DNA of 64,000 nt from the human T2T-CHM13v2.0 reference genome, Homo sapiens. Below, piece by piece: positions 28,504 to 42,505 of the stretch (position 1 is the first letter of the stretch; each line of letters begins with the position of its first letter). The notes under the pieces were generated by a model. That model did no database searches. It was given only the letters and a program-made list of their open reading frames with translations, and was not told the origin of the DNA. The stretch lies in NCBI RefSeq assembly GCF_009914755.1, contig NC_060925.1, one strand, 5' to 3'. A program made the position numbers and the translations under genes.

Positions 28504-30364
28504 GTGAGTTAAAGCCATGGGGCAGAATGAGCTCAGCTGGTGAGGGAGACTAGATAGAAGAGAGAAGAGAGCCAAGGCTTGTTCCCTGGGCCACTCCCAC
28601 TTTTAGAAGAGGGGACGAGCAATAGAGTTTAACACAGGAGCCTGAGAGAGGTAGGGAGATGGACAATTGGGAGAATGAGGTGTAGAGAAAGTCACTGGGC
28701 TTGGGGAGGGGAGAACGGGGAATGTGGGAGGGGGCCTAACCCCCATTTTCCAGTGTCTTCTATGTGCCAGACGCTGTCTTGGGAGATTTACATGCACTCC
28801 TTCAGGACAATGTTGCCAAGTAGGGATTATTGTTCCTATTTCATGGATGATAAAACTGAGACCCAGATTGGTGAAATGACTTGCCCAAATCATACAAATA
28901 GGGATGGAGAGCCTGGATTAGCAGCCAGATCTGTCTTTGAGATTCTTTCCACCACCCTCCAGCAATCATGCCTCCAGCAGGGGTTGCAGGATTGGGGGAA
29001 GCCACTTATGGTTTCTCATCTGTAAAATGTTCACCTTTCAGGGTTATGAGGATAAAATGGGATAATCCGTGTTAAGCACCTGGCAGCGCTTAACCGGGTG
29101 GGCCCTTAGTAAACAATAATGACTGTGGCTATATGTGCAGAGTGCAACAGAGTCTCGCAGACAGTGACTGGTACTGGGGGGAGCTAGGGGGTGACGGGGT
29201 GAGGCTGTGGAGTAGGCTTCCTGTAGGAGGCCCAATGTGAGCTGAGGATTCCGTGGTTTGAAACACTGATCTGTGACAAAGTTTCCAGTGGTTCATGGGG
29301 TGAAATGAGAAAAAGGACAACACAATGGGTTTTATGTAAAGCTAAATGTGTTCAATGTAAAGGATTACTCTTTATCCTGAGATTATGTCCTTCCTGCTTT
29401 GTTGGTATTAAAGCATCCTTTTTATGAAACGATGGTGGTTAGAGGATGGTAGTTATATTTTAAATATCTTTACTAATGAAATGAAAACTTGGCAACCTTC
29501 GATCATTCCCCACACTTTCTTTTGAAGTTTTTAACTGATCCATGAAATTCAAAAGTCTGACAGCCACTGACAGCTGGAGCAGGGAGGGCATTCTAGGCAG
29601 AGAACTGCATGTGCAAGGGCAAAGTTGGCGGGAGAGGCACAGGCTGGTCTGGAACTGCAAATAAGTAGCAAGAGCAGTAAGGGCAGCTGGGAGGTCCAAC
29701 AAGGAACCAGGAGGCCCCATCCTGGGGTGGGGTGGTCACCCTGTGAAGTCCCTACCCTCTCTTCCTGCTGCCCAGCATGGCAGGAGAATTCCCTGTGCAC
29801 TAAGGCTGCTCCCCAGGGCATCCCATGACCATGTGCAATGTGTGCGTGTGTGTGCATGCGTGCATGTGTGTGTGCCTGCATCCTTGGTGAGGCAAGGAGG
29901 CCAGCCATGGACTGACGGGGTCTTGCCTAATAAATCTTGAAGAGACATACAGGATGGAAATAGAGATCAGGAAAGACACTGGGGAGAAAGACAAGAAAAC
30001 CCGGGACTATCTGAGTAGAAGGAGCAGTGTCTGCATGTTGGGGCACATATGTGCATGTGTATGTGTGCGTATGTCCCTGAGAGCATGTGGACCGGTGTGT
30101 GTGTGTACATTTGCATTGTAAGAAAGTGTGTGCTATTTCTGGGTTATCCATGTGGGCAGGGGGAAAATCTCTGCTGGCTCTATTAGGCTTTGGCTTGAGT
30201 GTATGTCCAGTGTATGTTGGGGTGCTTTGCTGCTGGTGCAAATGTGGCACTGTTGTGCATACTGTACATATACAGATATGAGAGATAGGTGAGAGGTGTC
30301 AATACTGTGTAGCTCAGTGTGTCTGTGTGCTGTTAGGTGGTCTGTTCAACATGGGTAATGTCTC

Positions 30365-31010
30365 TGGGCTGTGTGTGTCTGTGTGTGGGCAGGAGCCACG
30401 GTGGGCGTGTACTGATGGTACTGAGTGTGAACTGTGTGTGTCTGTATGTGGGGAGGGAGTCTATGGTGGGTGTGTGCTGATGGTACTGAGTATGAACTGT
30501 GTGTGTCTGTATGTGGGGAGGGATCCCATGGTGGGTGTGTGCTGATGGTACTGAGTGTGAACTGTGTGTGTCTGTATGTGGGCGGGAGTCCATGGTGGGT
30601 GTGTGCTGATGGTACTGAGTGTGAACTATGTGTGTCTGTATGTGGGCAGGGAGTCTGTGGTGGGAGTGTGCTGCTGGTATTAAGTGTGAGCTGTGTGTGT
30701 CTGTGGGGAGAGAGTCCATGGTGGGCATGTGCTGATGGTATTGAGTGTAAGCTGTGTGTGTCTGTATGTGGGGAGGGAATCCGTGGTGGGCGTGTGCTGA
30801 TGGTACTGAGTGTGAGCTGTGTGTGTCTGTATGTGGGGAGGGAGTCCATGGTGGGCGTGTGCTGATGGTACTGAGTGTGAGCTGTGTGTGTCTGTATGTG
30901 GGGAGGGAGTCCATGGTGGGCATGTGCTGATGGTATTGAGTGTGGGCTGTGTGTGTCTGTATGTGGGCAGGGAATCTGTGGTGGGTGTGTGCTGATGGTA
31001 TTGAGTGTCT
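30365..31010. repeat. 65-bp GT-rich minisatellite, about 10 copies
   Basis: Anchor ctg(a/c)tggta recurs at 30412, 30477, 30542, 30606, 30671, 30732, 30797, 30862, 30927 and 30992. Confidence 0.95.
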
Positions 31011-33104
31011 GTTGGAGCCCAGGCTCCCCTCCCTTCCCCCACTCTTCTGATGACCCAGGCTGCCAGTCTTGTTTATTTCCATATGTTGTCTGTCTCCTCC
31101 AGGCCTATGTCTGACTCTGACCAAGGGCTCATATACATGACCCTTGGAGATGGAGATTGGTACAGGCAAAGTCCTTGCTCCCTTCCTCTCCAACCCTCCC
31201 AGGCTCCGGTCAGCCCTAGGCTGCTAAGCCTCAGGATCCTACTTTCTGACCTGAGGAGGAAGAGGCCTTGTGGTTTAGGGATGGCCATTGCCAACCCATG
31301 TTACCAGCTTACTTTGGTCCTGTAGAGGCTCTCCATGCCTCTCTATATCCTTCCCATTCCCTGGCCCCGGCCAGCCTGTATTTCAGCTTTCTCCTGGTCC
31401 CTGTGGGGAGGCTTGGGTCAGCCTGCTCATCTCCAGCCTCCTCCATCATCCTTTCTGCCAGCCCCAGGCCCCTTCTCCAGCTTGTTCAGATTCAGGTTTC
31501 TGGACCAGGCTGGCTCATGGGGAACAAGTGTCTTCCCCAGTCCTGCCCTTTCCACAGGGGCCACTTGTCCTCTGCCCAGGAGCCTGCTGAGAGAGTTCAA
31601 TGGAGAGAAAGAAATGCGGTGGGGGTGAGACAGTGTGTACAATGTAAACAAGGGTTCCCCCGTGAGTGGGTGTTTGTGAGTCTCTGCAAGTTGGGGCGTA
31701 GGAGGGGGGTGTCAGTGCTGCTGCCAGGGCCCATGCATGCAGCGTGTGCAGACAGACTGGGTGGGGGCGGGGCCTCACATTTATCCAGTGCTCACTGCTC
31801 GCCAGTCAGGATGCTAAGTGCTTTACTCAGATTATCTCATTTAATAAGTGTGACAGTGTGTGAGAGGGTGACAGAGACGGGGCAGAGAAGGGCAGGTGGT
31901 CAGGAGGCGGCTGCTTGCAAGTCCCTGGCAGAGTATTTCCTTAATCCATCCCAACAGCGTGCCCTGCTGGGTCTGACCCAGGCCTCAGGCTGGGGAGCAA
32001 CCTCTTAGCCCCTCTCCATATGGAGACACAGGAGGTGGGAGCAGGCTATGCCCCAAGTTCCCGGCCCACCTCCCTGCCCTGCCCTCAGCCAGAGGATGTC
32101 CCCTCCCAGAACAGAGGGCTGCCTGCTCCTTTCCTTTTCTCCTGCGTGTGCTCAGTACAGGGCCCAGCACTGCAGGTGCCTAATTGGTCCCTACCCCTTA
32201 GCAGAGGCCAGGCCGACCTGAGGAGTTGTCTGTACATTCAATCAGCCTAGTCCCTACTCTGTAAATCTCATATAGAGGAAATGAGAACCCCCATGGTTCA
32301 GAGGAGCCAGGCCCCAGATATGAAGGAAGCAAAGGGGTCCAAGCTAAGGCCAAGACAGCTCACCGGTCATTCCACCGGAGGGAGCAGGGCTGCAGGCCCC
32401 ACCAAAGTCTCGGAGTCCTGCCTCTGACACCCACTGCTTCACCTACTCCAATTCGTTGCTGGCTTTTAGGTAAGCTAATATTTGCCTGAGGATGCTTAGA
32501 AGTGAGGACTGGGGTCTCTTGTCATCCAGGTGGGATCGTCGCAGAGGTCTGATGGCAAGGATGCCATGGATTTCTAGAGGAAGAGGGACAAGGAAGGAAG
32601 GGAGGAGGGAGGGAGGGAGACCATGAACATGAATGGACTCCCTCCTATGCACAAACTACCCCAGGGGACCAAGCGGCTACCCAGAGACACTCAGACAAGT
32701 ATCAGAAGACCGACCCTGAGCCGCAACAGGGGGAGGGCTTCCAGGAGGAAGTGGGCCTGGGACCGAAGCTTGGAGGGATTGCCATGGTGAGGAACACTGG
32801 GGGAGGAGCTGTGGGAGTGGCAAGCCCAGAGGAACACAGCCTTTCCGAAGAGCACAGCGCCCCCACCTTCCCCGGAGCTGCAATGATAACAGTAGCTATG
32901 AGCACCGAATGTTTTCGGGAAAACAAAAATATTAGCCATTATTTAAGGAGTATTTTGGGGAAAATGCCATTATTATTCACCCAAAGTCTGTGGCACCACC
33001 AGGTACTCAGGCTGAAAACCTCAGTCACTGTCCACGTCCCCCTCCACAACCCACTTCCACCCACTTCCAAGCAGTCACCAGATCCTGAGTATCCTCTTTC
33101 TCAG

Positions 33105-33330
33105 GGATTGGGGTCAGACAGACCTGGGTTCCATCCCAGCTCCATCACTTGTCTGCTGTGTGATCTTGGGCAAGTCACTTAACCTCTCTGTGCCCCAATT
33201 TTCTCTACTGTACTGAGAGGATGATAACAGTACTTACAGGTTTGTTGTGAGAATTCAACAAGTTAACACATATAAAGAGCTTAGCACAATGTCTAGCAGA
33301 ATAGACACTTAGGAAACATGAGCTATTTTT
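33105..33330 (+). mobile_element. MIR (near full length)
   Basis: gtcagacagacctgggttc...tgtgatcttgggcaagtcacttaacctctctg. Confidence 0.85.
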
Positions 33331-33727
33331 ATTTCCACTAAACTATGTGTTTCCCCAGATCAAAACTGTGCTTATAACACTGTCCTGCTGAGGAACCTGC
33401 CAGTGCTGCCTTGCACCTTGCAGCCCAGCAAGGTGGAACAGTCAGGTCTTCCTAAATGCATCATGCTACCTATATTAATTAGTCTTCCACAATGAAATAA
33501 CACAGGCTGAGCAGCTGACACAACAGAAATTTATTTTCTCACAATTCTGGAGGCTGGAAGGCCAAGATCAAGGTGTTGGCAGATTTGGTTTCTCCTGAGG
33601 CCTCTCTCCTTGGCTTGCAGAGGGCTGCTTTCTCACTGTGTCCTCACATGTTCTTCCTCTGTGCACATCCAGCCCTGGTATCTTTTTATGAGTCCAAATT
33701 TCCTCCTTTTATAAAGACACCAGTCAA

Positions 33728-34068
<341 letters not shown>

Positions 34069-34164
34069 CTAATTTTAATGTAATCACCTCTTTAAATGCC
34101 CCATGTCCAGATACAGTCACATTCTGAGGAACTAGGGGTTAGGGCTTCAACAAATGATTTTTGG

Positions 34165-34609
<445 letters not shown>

Positions 34610-35338
34610 CTAAAACCTAGACAGAGCGTCACCACCTCCAGGAAGGCTTCCTAGCTAGACTGCTGCCTCCTCTGGGCTCTCACAGCCCACTGTGTTGACC
34701 TATATCATGACATGTATCACACTCTAAGAACTGTCATTTGCTGGGGTGGATGCCTGTTGTTTTGATCTGTACAGCATCCCATTCCCCCTCTGATAACAGC
34801 ATCTTCTTCTCTTTGAAGAAGTGACGCCCCCTCACCCCCTCCACTCCTGTGACTGTGGCTCAGATGACTCAGTAAATTACAGTTGCTGCTTCTTGCCGCA
34901 GGAATGAGCATGTGATGAAGCAGAGCCAATCAGAGTCCTTCCCTGAGATTTTTATCTACAAATGTTGGGCAGGAAAATGCTGATCTTTCCTCTGGGGTCC
35001 AGAATGACGTAAACTTGGAGCTTTGTGTGGTCATGGCCCAGATTTGTCCTGCCAGGAAGGACGTCTATCTGCAGGGGAAAGAATCAGGCCCACGCCCAAG
35101 GGAAGCACCTATGAAGAGCTGGTCACTCTATGTAAATTTTAAGCTTTTCATATATAATTTTTTGTGTGTTTTGGGCAATACATTTAAAAGGTTCAAAAAT
35201 CAAAATAATACACACAGCTATACAATAAAAAGTTTCAGTTTTATCCTTGTTCCTGTTAACTCATCTCCTATCACATGGATAATCATGTTTTAATATTTCT
35301 TGTGGGTCCTTCCTATGGTTCTTTATGAAAATATAAGT

Positions 35339-35719
<381 letters not shown>

Positions 35720-35969
35720 CTATACATTCTGTTCTACACCTTGCTTGTTTTTATTCATTTAGCAATATATCCTGGGGTACTTTCCATAAATTACTCTGTG
35801 ACCTTTCTCTCTCTTTTCACAGCTGCATAATATTTCATTGTATGGATAAACTACACAGTTCCCAGTGATGAAGACCAAGATTGTTCCCAATCTGTTTGCT
35901 ATTATAAACAGTGTTGCAACAAACAGGCTTTGTGTGTATCATTTCATATGAGTACAAGAGTTTCTGTAG

Positions 35970-38085
35970 ACTTGACAATAAAAAGATAACCCAATTGAAA
36001 AAACAGACAAAGGATTTGAATAGTCATTGCTCCAAAGAAGATATGATAAGTATATTAAAAAGTTGCTCACCATCATTACCCATTAGGGAAATGCAAATCA
36101 AAACCACAGTGAGATACTGCACATTCACTAGGATGGCTATAATCAAAAAGACACATAATAACAAGTGTCTTAGTTCATTTCAGCTGCTATAACAAAATAT
36201 CGCAGACTGGTTGGCTCAAACAACAGAAATGTTATTTCTCATGGTTCTGGAGGCTGGGAAGTCCAAGATCAAGGGGCTGGCTGATTTGGTTTCTGGTGAG
36301 CCCTCTCTTCTGGGCCTGTAGAGGACCACTGTTGCACTGAGTACCTAGGACCTTTTTTTCCTCTGCATGTGTAGAGAGAGAGAGACAGAAAGAGAGCACA
36401 CAAATGTATGCTGGTGTTTCTTTCTCTTTTATTTTTATCAACTTAATTTAATTTTTAGATTTCAAATTATGAAATATTTAAAGAATACAGTAAAGTACAG
36501 AAAAATATAATTGACCTCTATATAGCCCATTCACTTGATTTAACAAATGTGTGGTATTTTGCCATGTTTACTTCAGAACTCGCTCTTTTTGTAGAAAATA
36601 AAAATATTAAATACATAGCTAAAGCCCAATCTCATCCCTTCCCGCTCCCTCTCCTCATGTTAACCACTAGCCTGAAATTATGTTTTTATACTTTTATTGC
36701 ATATTTGAATGAGATCATAAATAATACATTGGCAGCTTTTTTCCAATATTTTTATTGTGCTAAAATACATACAACATGAAATTTACCATCTTAACCATTT
36801 TAAAGCATATAGTTCAGTGGCATTAAACACGTTCATAAAGTTGTGTGACCGTTACCCCAATTCATCTCCATAACTCTTTTCATCTTATAAAATTGAAACT
36901 CCATTAAACAATAACTCCCCATTTCCACTTCCCCCTAGCCCCTGGAAACCACCATTGTACTTTCTATCATTATGATTTTGACCACTCTAAGTACCTTATG
37001 TAAGTGGAATCATACAGAATTTGTCTTTTTGTGGCTGGCTTATTTCACTAGTATAATGTCCTCAGGGTTCATCCATGTTATAACATATTGCAGAATCTCC
37101 TTCCTTTTTTAGGGCTGAGGAATATTCCATTGTATGGACATATCATCTTTTGCTTATCTATTCATCCACTGATGGACATCTGGGGTGCTTCCACACTGTA
37201 GCTATTGTGAGTAATACCGCTATGAACATGGGTTGATAAATATCTTCCTCTTCTTATAAGTGCACCTATAAGAGCCATATTAGGGCCTCACCCTTATGAT
37301 AAAGGTATAACCTTTATCACCTTCTCACAGGTCCTATCTCTAATACAATGACATAGAGCTTCAACACATATATTTTGAAGGGACACAAACATTTAGTCCA
37401 AGACAATGGATGAGAATATGGAGAAATTGGAACTCTAATACATTGCTGGTGGGAATGTAAAATGGTACAGCAAATTTGGAAAACAGTTTGGAAGTTCTTC
37501 AAAATGTTAACATGGAGTTATCATGTGACCCAGAAATTATCCTAGGTATACAACTAAGAGAAATAATAACACGTTCATAAAATTGCACAAAAGCTTGTAC
37601 ATGACTGTTCATAGCAGCATTATTCATAATAGCAAAAAATAAAAATAATCCAGATGTCATCAACTGATGAATGGATAAACGTGGCATATTCATATGATGA
37701 AATATGATTTGGCAATAAAAAGAAATGAAGTACTGATACAGGCTACAACACAGATGAACCTTAAAAACATTATGCTAAGTGAAAGAAGCCAGTTGTGAAG
37801 GATCACGTATGATTCCATTTATATAAAATGTTCAGAATAGGCAAAACTATATACAGAGAAAGTAGATTAGTGGTGGCCTAGGGCTGGAGAAATTGGTAGA
37901 AAATGGAAGTGACTCCTTAATGGGTATGAAATGTTAGGGGAGAGATGAAAATGTTTTAAAATAAATTGTGGTAAAGGTTGCACAACTCTGAAAACAAACT
38001 AAAATTTGTTGACTTATACACTTTAAATGGGTGAATTGTGTGGTATGGGAATTAGATCTTAGAAGAGCTGTTAAAGAAAAAAAAA
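35970..38085 (+). mobile_element. L1MB-like 3' end, interrupted by an MLT1 (36166-37400) that itself contains an antisense L1 3' end (about 36740-37245)
   Basis: agggaaatgcaaatcaaaaccac...; L1 resumes at about 37405 (ggagaaattggaactc) and ends in poly-A. Confidence 0.75.
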
Positions 38086-39324
38086 GTTTCTTGTAGAATA
38101 AATTCCCAGAACTGGGACTGTTGGGTCAAAGGGAAAATGCATTTAAAATTTTTTACATTTTTACCCTCATCAGCAATGTATGAAATAGCAAGGCAGGTAC
38201 ATTTTATGTAGGAGGAAACTGAGGCACGGACAATCCAAAATCACATAATTAATAACACCCGAGCTGTGACTGAAATCAGGTCTGTTGGACTCCAAAACAT
38301 GTGCTCTGCTGCAGACAATTCATTTGGTATTTTTCCAATAGTCATTTGATCTTCTTTAAAAAAAAAAAAAAAAACGTAACTTTTGATTGCATTGATTTTC
38401 TTTGTTGCTTTTTCGTTTTTCTATATCATTTATTTCTGCTCTGATCTTTATTATTTCCTTTTTTTCTGCTGATTTTGGTTAAATTCACTCTTCTTTTTTC
38501 TATTTCTTAAGATAGAAGCTGATAACACTATTTGAGACCTTTCTTCTTTTCTAATATAGGTGTCTAGTCCTATAAATTTCCCCCTAAGTACTGCTTTAGT
38601 GGTATCCTACAAATTCTGATATGTTGCATTTTTATTTTCACTTGGATCAAAATACTTTCTAATGTCTCTTTTGATTTTTTTTTAACTTGGAGGTTATTTA
38701 AAGTGTCTTATTTTGTTCTCAACTATTTGGGGATTTTCCAGATCCCTTTTTGTTATTGATTTGTAATTTAATTCCACTGTGGTCAGAGAACATGCTTTGA
38801 CTAATTTTAGATGTATTGAAATTTGTTTTATGGTCAGAATATGGTCTATCTTGATAAATGTTTTTATGTACACTGAAAAATGTGTATTCTTCTGTTGTTG
38901 GGTAAAGTGTTTTATAAATGTCAGTTAAGTTGGTTGATAGTGTTGTTCAAGTTTACTATACATTCTTGATGATTTTCTGCCTGCTTGTTCTATCAATTAT
39001 TGAGAGAGGGACATTGAAATATCTCCAACTGTAATTGTAGATTTGTACATTTTTCCTTGTAATTCTATCAGGTTTTACTTAATGTATTTTGAAACTCTGC
39101 TATTAGGTGTATAAATGTTTGGCACTGTTATATTTTCTTAATGAACTAAACACTTTATCATTATGAAATGACTCTTTATCTCTGGTAATATTCTTCACTT
39201 GAAATCTACTTTGTATTATATTAATATAGCCATTTCAGTTTTCTGTTGATTATTGTTAGCACAGTACATCTTTACTCATAATTTTTACTTACTTTAACTT
39301 ATTTCATATTTAAAGTGGATTTCT

Positions 39325-39606
39325 TTCTTTCTTCTTTTTTTTTGAGAGGGAGTCTCGCTGTGTTGCCTAGGCTGGAGTGCAGTGGCACAATTTTGGCTCA
39401 CTGCAACCTCCACCTCATGGATTCAAGCGCTTCTCCTGTCTCAGCCTCCCAGGTAGCCACCACACCCAGCTAATTTTTGTATTTTTAGTAGAGACAGGGT
39501 TTTGCCATGTTGGCCAGGCTGGTCTTGAACTCCTGGCCTCCAGTGATCTGCCCAGCTCAGCCTCCCAAGTTGCTGGGATTATAGGCATGAGCCACTGAGC
39601 CCAGCC
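39325..39606 (-). mobile_element. Alu
   Basis: TSD TAAAGTGGATTTCT at 39311-39324 and 39607-39620. Confidence 0.92.
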
Positions 39607-41058
39607 TAAAGTGGATTTCTTAGAAATCCACTATGAATCAAGATTCATAGAATTGAATCTTGCTCTGTACAAACAATCTGACAGTTTGGCTTTTTAACTG
39701 TGGTATTTAGACCATTTATACTGAATGCGATTATTGATATGATTAGGTTTAAATCTACCTGCTTGCTATTTGTTCCATGTATTGTTTCTTCTCTTTTCCC
39801 TCTTTTTCTGCCTTTTTTGGATTGGATATTTTGTGACTTCATTTTATCTCCTTTATTAGCTTAATTAGATACAACTACTTTTTAGTGGTTACTTTTGGGT
39901 TTATAGTGTACATCCTCAATCCCAAACCACTTTGAGTAATATTATACCACTTCACACAGAGTAAGAACCTTACAACAGCATGCTTCTCTTTCCTCCTTCA
40001 CAACCTTTAGGCTATTGTTGTCATGTGTTTAATTTCTATATATGTTATAAACCCAGAGTACTTGTTGTTTTGCTTTAACCAATAAATTATCTTTTAAAGA
40101 TACTTTCAAAATAAAAAAAATTCAATGTTTTCTCACATAACTACTTTTCCAGAGGCCTTTATTCCTTGGTGTAGATTAAAATTTCCATCTGGTGTCATTT
40201 TTGCTTCTGTCTCAAGGACTTTCTTTAACATTTCTTGTAGATCAAGTCTGCCATTGATGAATGTTTTCAACTTTTTATTTTGGAAAAAGTAATCATTTCT
40301 CCTCTGTTTTGAAATATATTTTCACTGGGTACAGAATTCTGGGTTGACAGGTTTTTTCATTATTTTTTTACCTTCTGTACTTTAATGATGTTATTCCACT
40401 GTCTTCTTGCTTGAAATATTTCCAATGAGAAGTCTGCTGTCATTCATTGTTCTTTTGTATATGATGTGTCTCTTTTTCTCTGCTACTTTTCAGATTTTCT
40501 CTTTATTACTGGTTTTAAGCAATTTAATCATTACATGCCTTGGTGCTTGATGTTTGTTGGTATTTTTGAATCCATGGTTTATGGTTCGTATCAAATATGG
40601 GAAATTATTGGTTATTTATTTAAATATTTTTATGCTCCTCTCCTCTTTGAGAGACTCTTAACTACATATATGTTAGACTGCATAAAATTATCCCACAGCT
40701 CACTGATGAGCTATTCACTTTATATATATCTATATATATCATTATATATTTTTTTCTGTATTTTATTTTAAATAGTTTCTATTGCTATGTCTTCAAATTT
40801 ACTAGTCCTTTCTTCTGTGTTAATTCAAATCTGTATTAATTCAAATCTGCTGTTAATGCCATCCAGTGTCATTTTTCACTGCAGACATTGTATTTTTTTA
40901 TATCTAGAAGTTTGATTTGGGTCTTTTCTCCCCTTTCTCTCTACTTAACATGATCAGTCATTACTCTAGTTTTCTGAGCTTATGGAATACAGTCATTATA
41001 ATTGTTTTAATGTCTTGTATACTAATTCTATCTTCTGTGCTATTTTGGGGTATGTTTC

Positions 41059-41349
41059 TTTTCTTTTCTTTTTTTTTTTAGATGAAGTCTCACCCTGTAG
41101 CCCAGGCTGGAGTGCAGTGGCGTAATTAACCTCTACCTCCTGGGTTCAAGCAATTCTCCTGCATCAGCTTCCAGAATAGCTGGGATTACAGGTGCGTGCC
41201 ACTGCACCTGGCTAATTTTTTGTATTTTTAGTAGAGACAGGGTTTCACCATGTTGGCCAGGCTGGTCTTGAACTCCTGACCTCAGGTAATCTGCCTGCTT
41301 CGGTCTCCCAAAGTGCTAGGATTATAGGCGTGAGCCACCACACCTGGCC
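41059..41349 (-). mobile_element. Alu
   Basis: Alu dimer; TSD GGTATGTTTCT. Confidence 0.92.
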
Positions 41350-42289
41350 AGGTATGTTTCTATTGCTTAATTTTTTATCCTTATTATCGGTTGTATTTTT
41401 CTGTTTCTTTGCATGCCTAGTAGTTTTTTGTTGGATGTGAAACATCATGAACTTTACCTTGTGTGCTGACCATTTTAATATTCCTATAAATATTCTTAAA
41501 CTTTGTTCTGGGATGCAGTTAAGTTACTTGAAAAGTTTGATTTTTTGAGGCTCACTTTGCAGCGTTCTTAGGCAGGACTACTATGTTTCCTCCCACTGTT
41601 AAAGCAATGCCCTTTTAAGGAATCTGCTTGATGCTTTGTGATTTATGAAGTTTTCCACTCTGGTTGATAGGGAGGCAAACCACTCCAGGTCTTCGGAAAC
41701 TGGTTCCTCTGCTCCTTTGGGATATTCTTTTCTTAAACCTGGGTAGTTTCCTCACATACAAATACTGTTCGATATTCACCCGAAGGCTTTCAGGGGGCTC
41801 TCTGCAGATCTTTGGAGCTCTCTCTCTGGGAAGCTCTCCTCTCCAGTTCTCTGCCCTGTGAACTCTAGTCATGTTGGCCTCTCAGCCTCTCTGTTCTGTC
41901 TCCTCCACTCAGGGAGCTATAATAGCTTGGATGCTACTCCTTGTGCTGCAGCCTGGAAACTCTCCCCAGGTAGAAGCTGGCAAGTGTAGGGCTTACCTCA
42001 TTAGTTTCTTGTCTCGGAGGAATTGCTGTTTTGTATTTGCCTTATGTTCAGTGTCTGAAAACTGTTGTTTCATATATTTTATCTAGGTTTTCAGTTGCTT
42101 TAGGAGAGAGGGTGAATCGACTCCCTGTTATTTCTTCTGTCCAGAAGCCCTGTAACTACATTTCCACACTTAATTATCACACATATCTTGTATATTAGGT
42201 ATGATTATCCCCATTTTATAGATGAGGAAAGTTGAGTCTTAGGGATTAAGTTGTAGTATACTAGAGTTGAGAGGTAGAATAATGTAACA

Positions 42290-42505
42290 GATAAAAAGAT
42301 GGACTGTGTGGCCAATCTGGGTTTCAGTCTCAGATTTCCCACTTCTTAGTTATGTGACCTTGTGCAAATTAACCTCTCTGTGCCTCAGTTTCCCCACCTG
42401 TAAGAATTCAGATGCTAATAATAGAAATGACCTATAGAATTGCTGGGGGAATTAAATGAGTAAATATATAACTGGCTCATAATTACTATATATTAGCTAT
42501 TATTA
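42290..42505 (+). mobile_element. MIR
   Basis: MIR core: ttaacctctctgtgcctcagtttcccc. Confidence 0.8.

Larger units (their letters stand above)
38340..42150 (-). mobile_element. Antisense old L1 (L1M) block
   Basis: Antisense L1 ORF2/ORF1-like sequence (ccactgtggtcagagaac, gagaagtctgctg), with two Alus inserted. Confidence 0.75.

Noticed and set aside
30365-31010. Regular array resembling a CRISPR locus
   Set aside because: Whole units are repeated with no unique spacers, there are no cas genes, and the context is eukaryotic.
30333-31193. 286-aa His/Thr-rich repetitive ORF and its overlapping frames
   Set aside because: Translation of the 65-bp VNTR; the unit length is not a multiple of 3.
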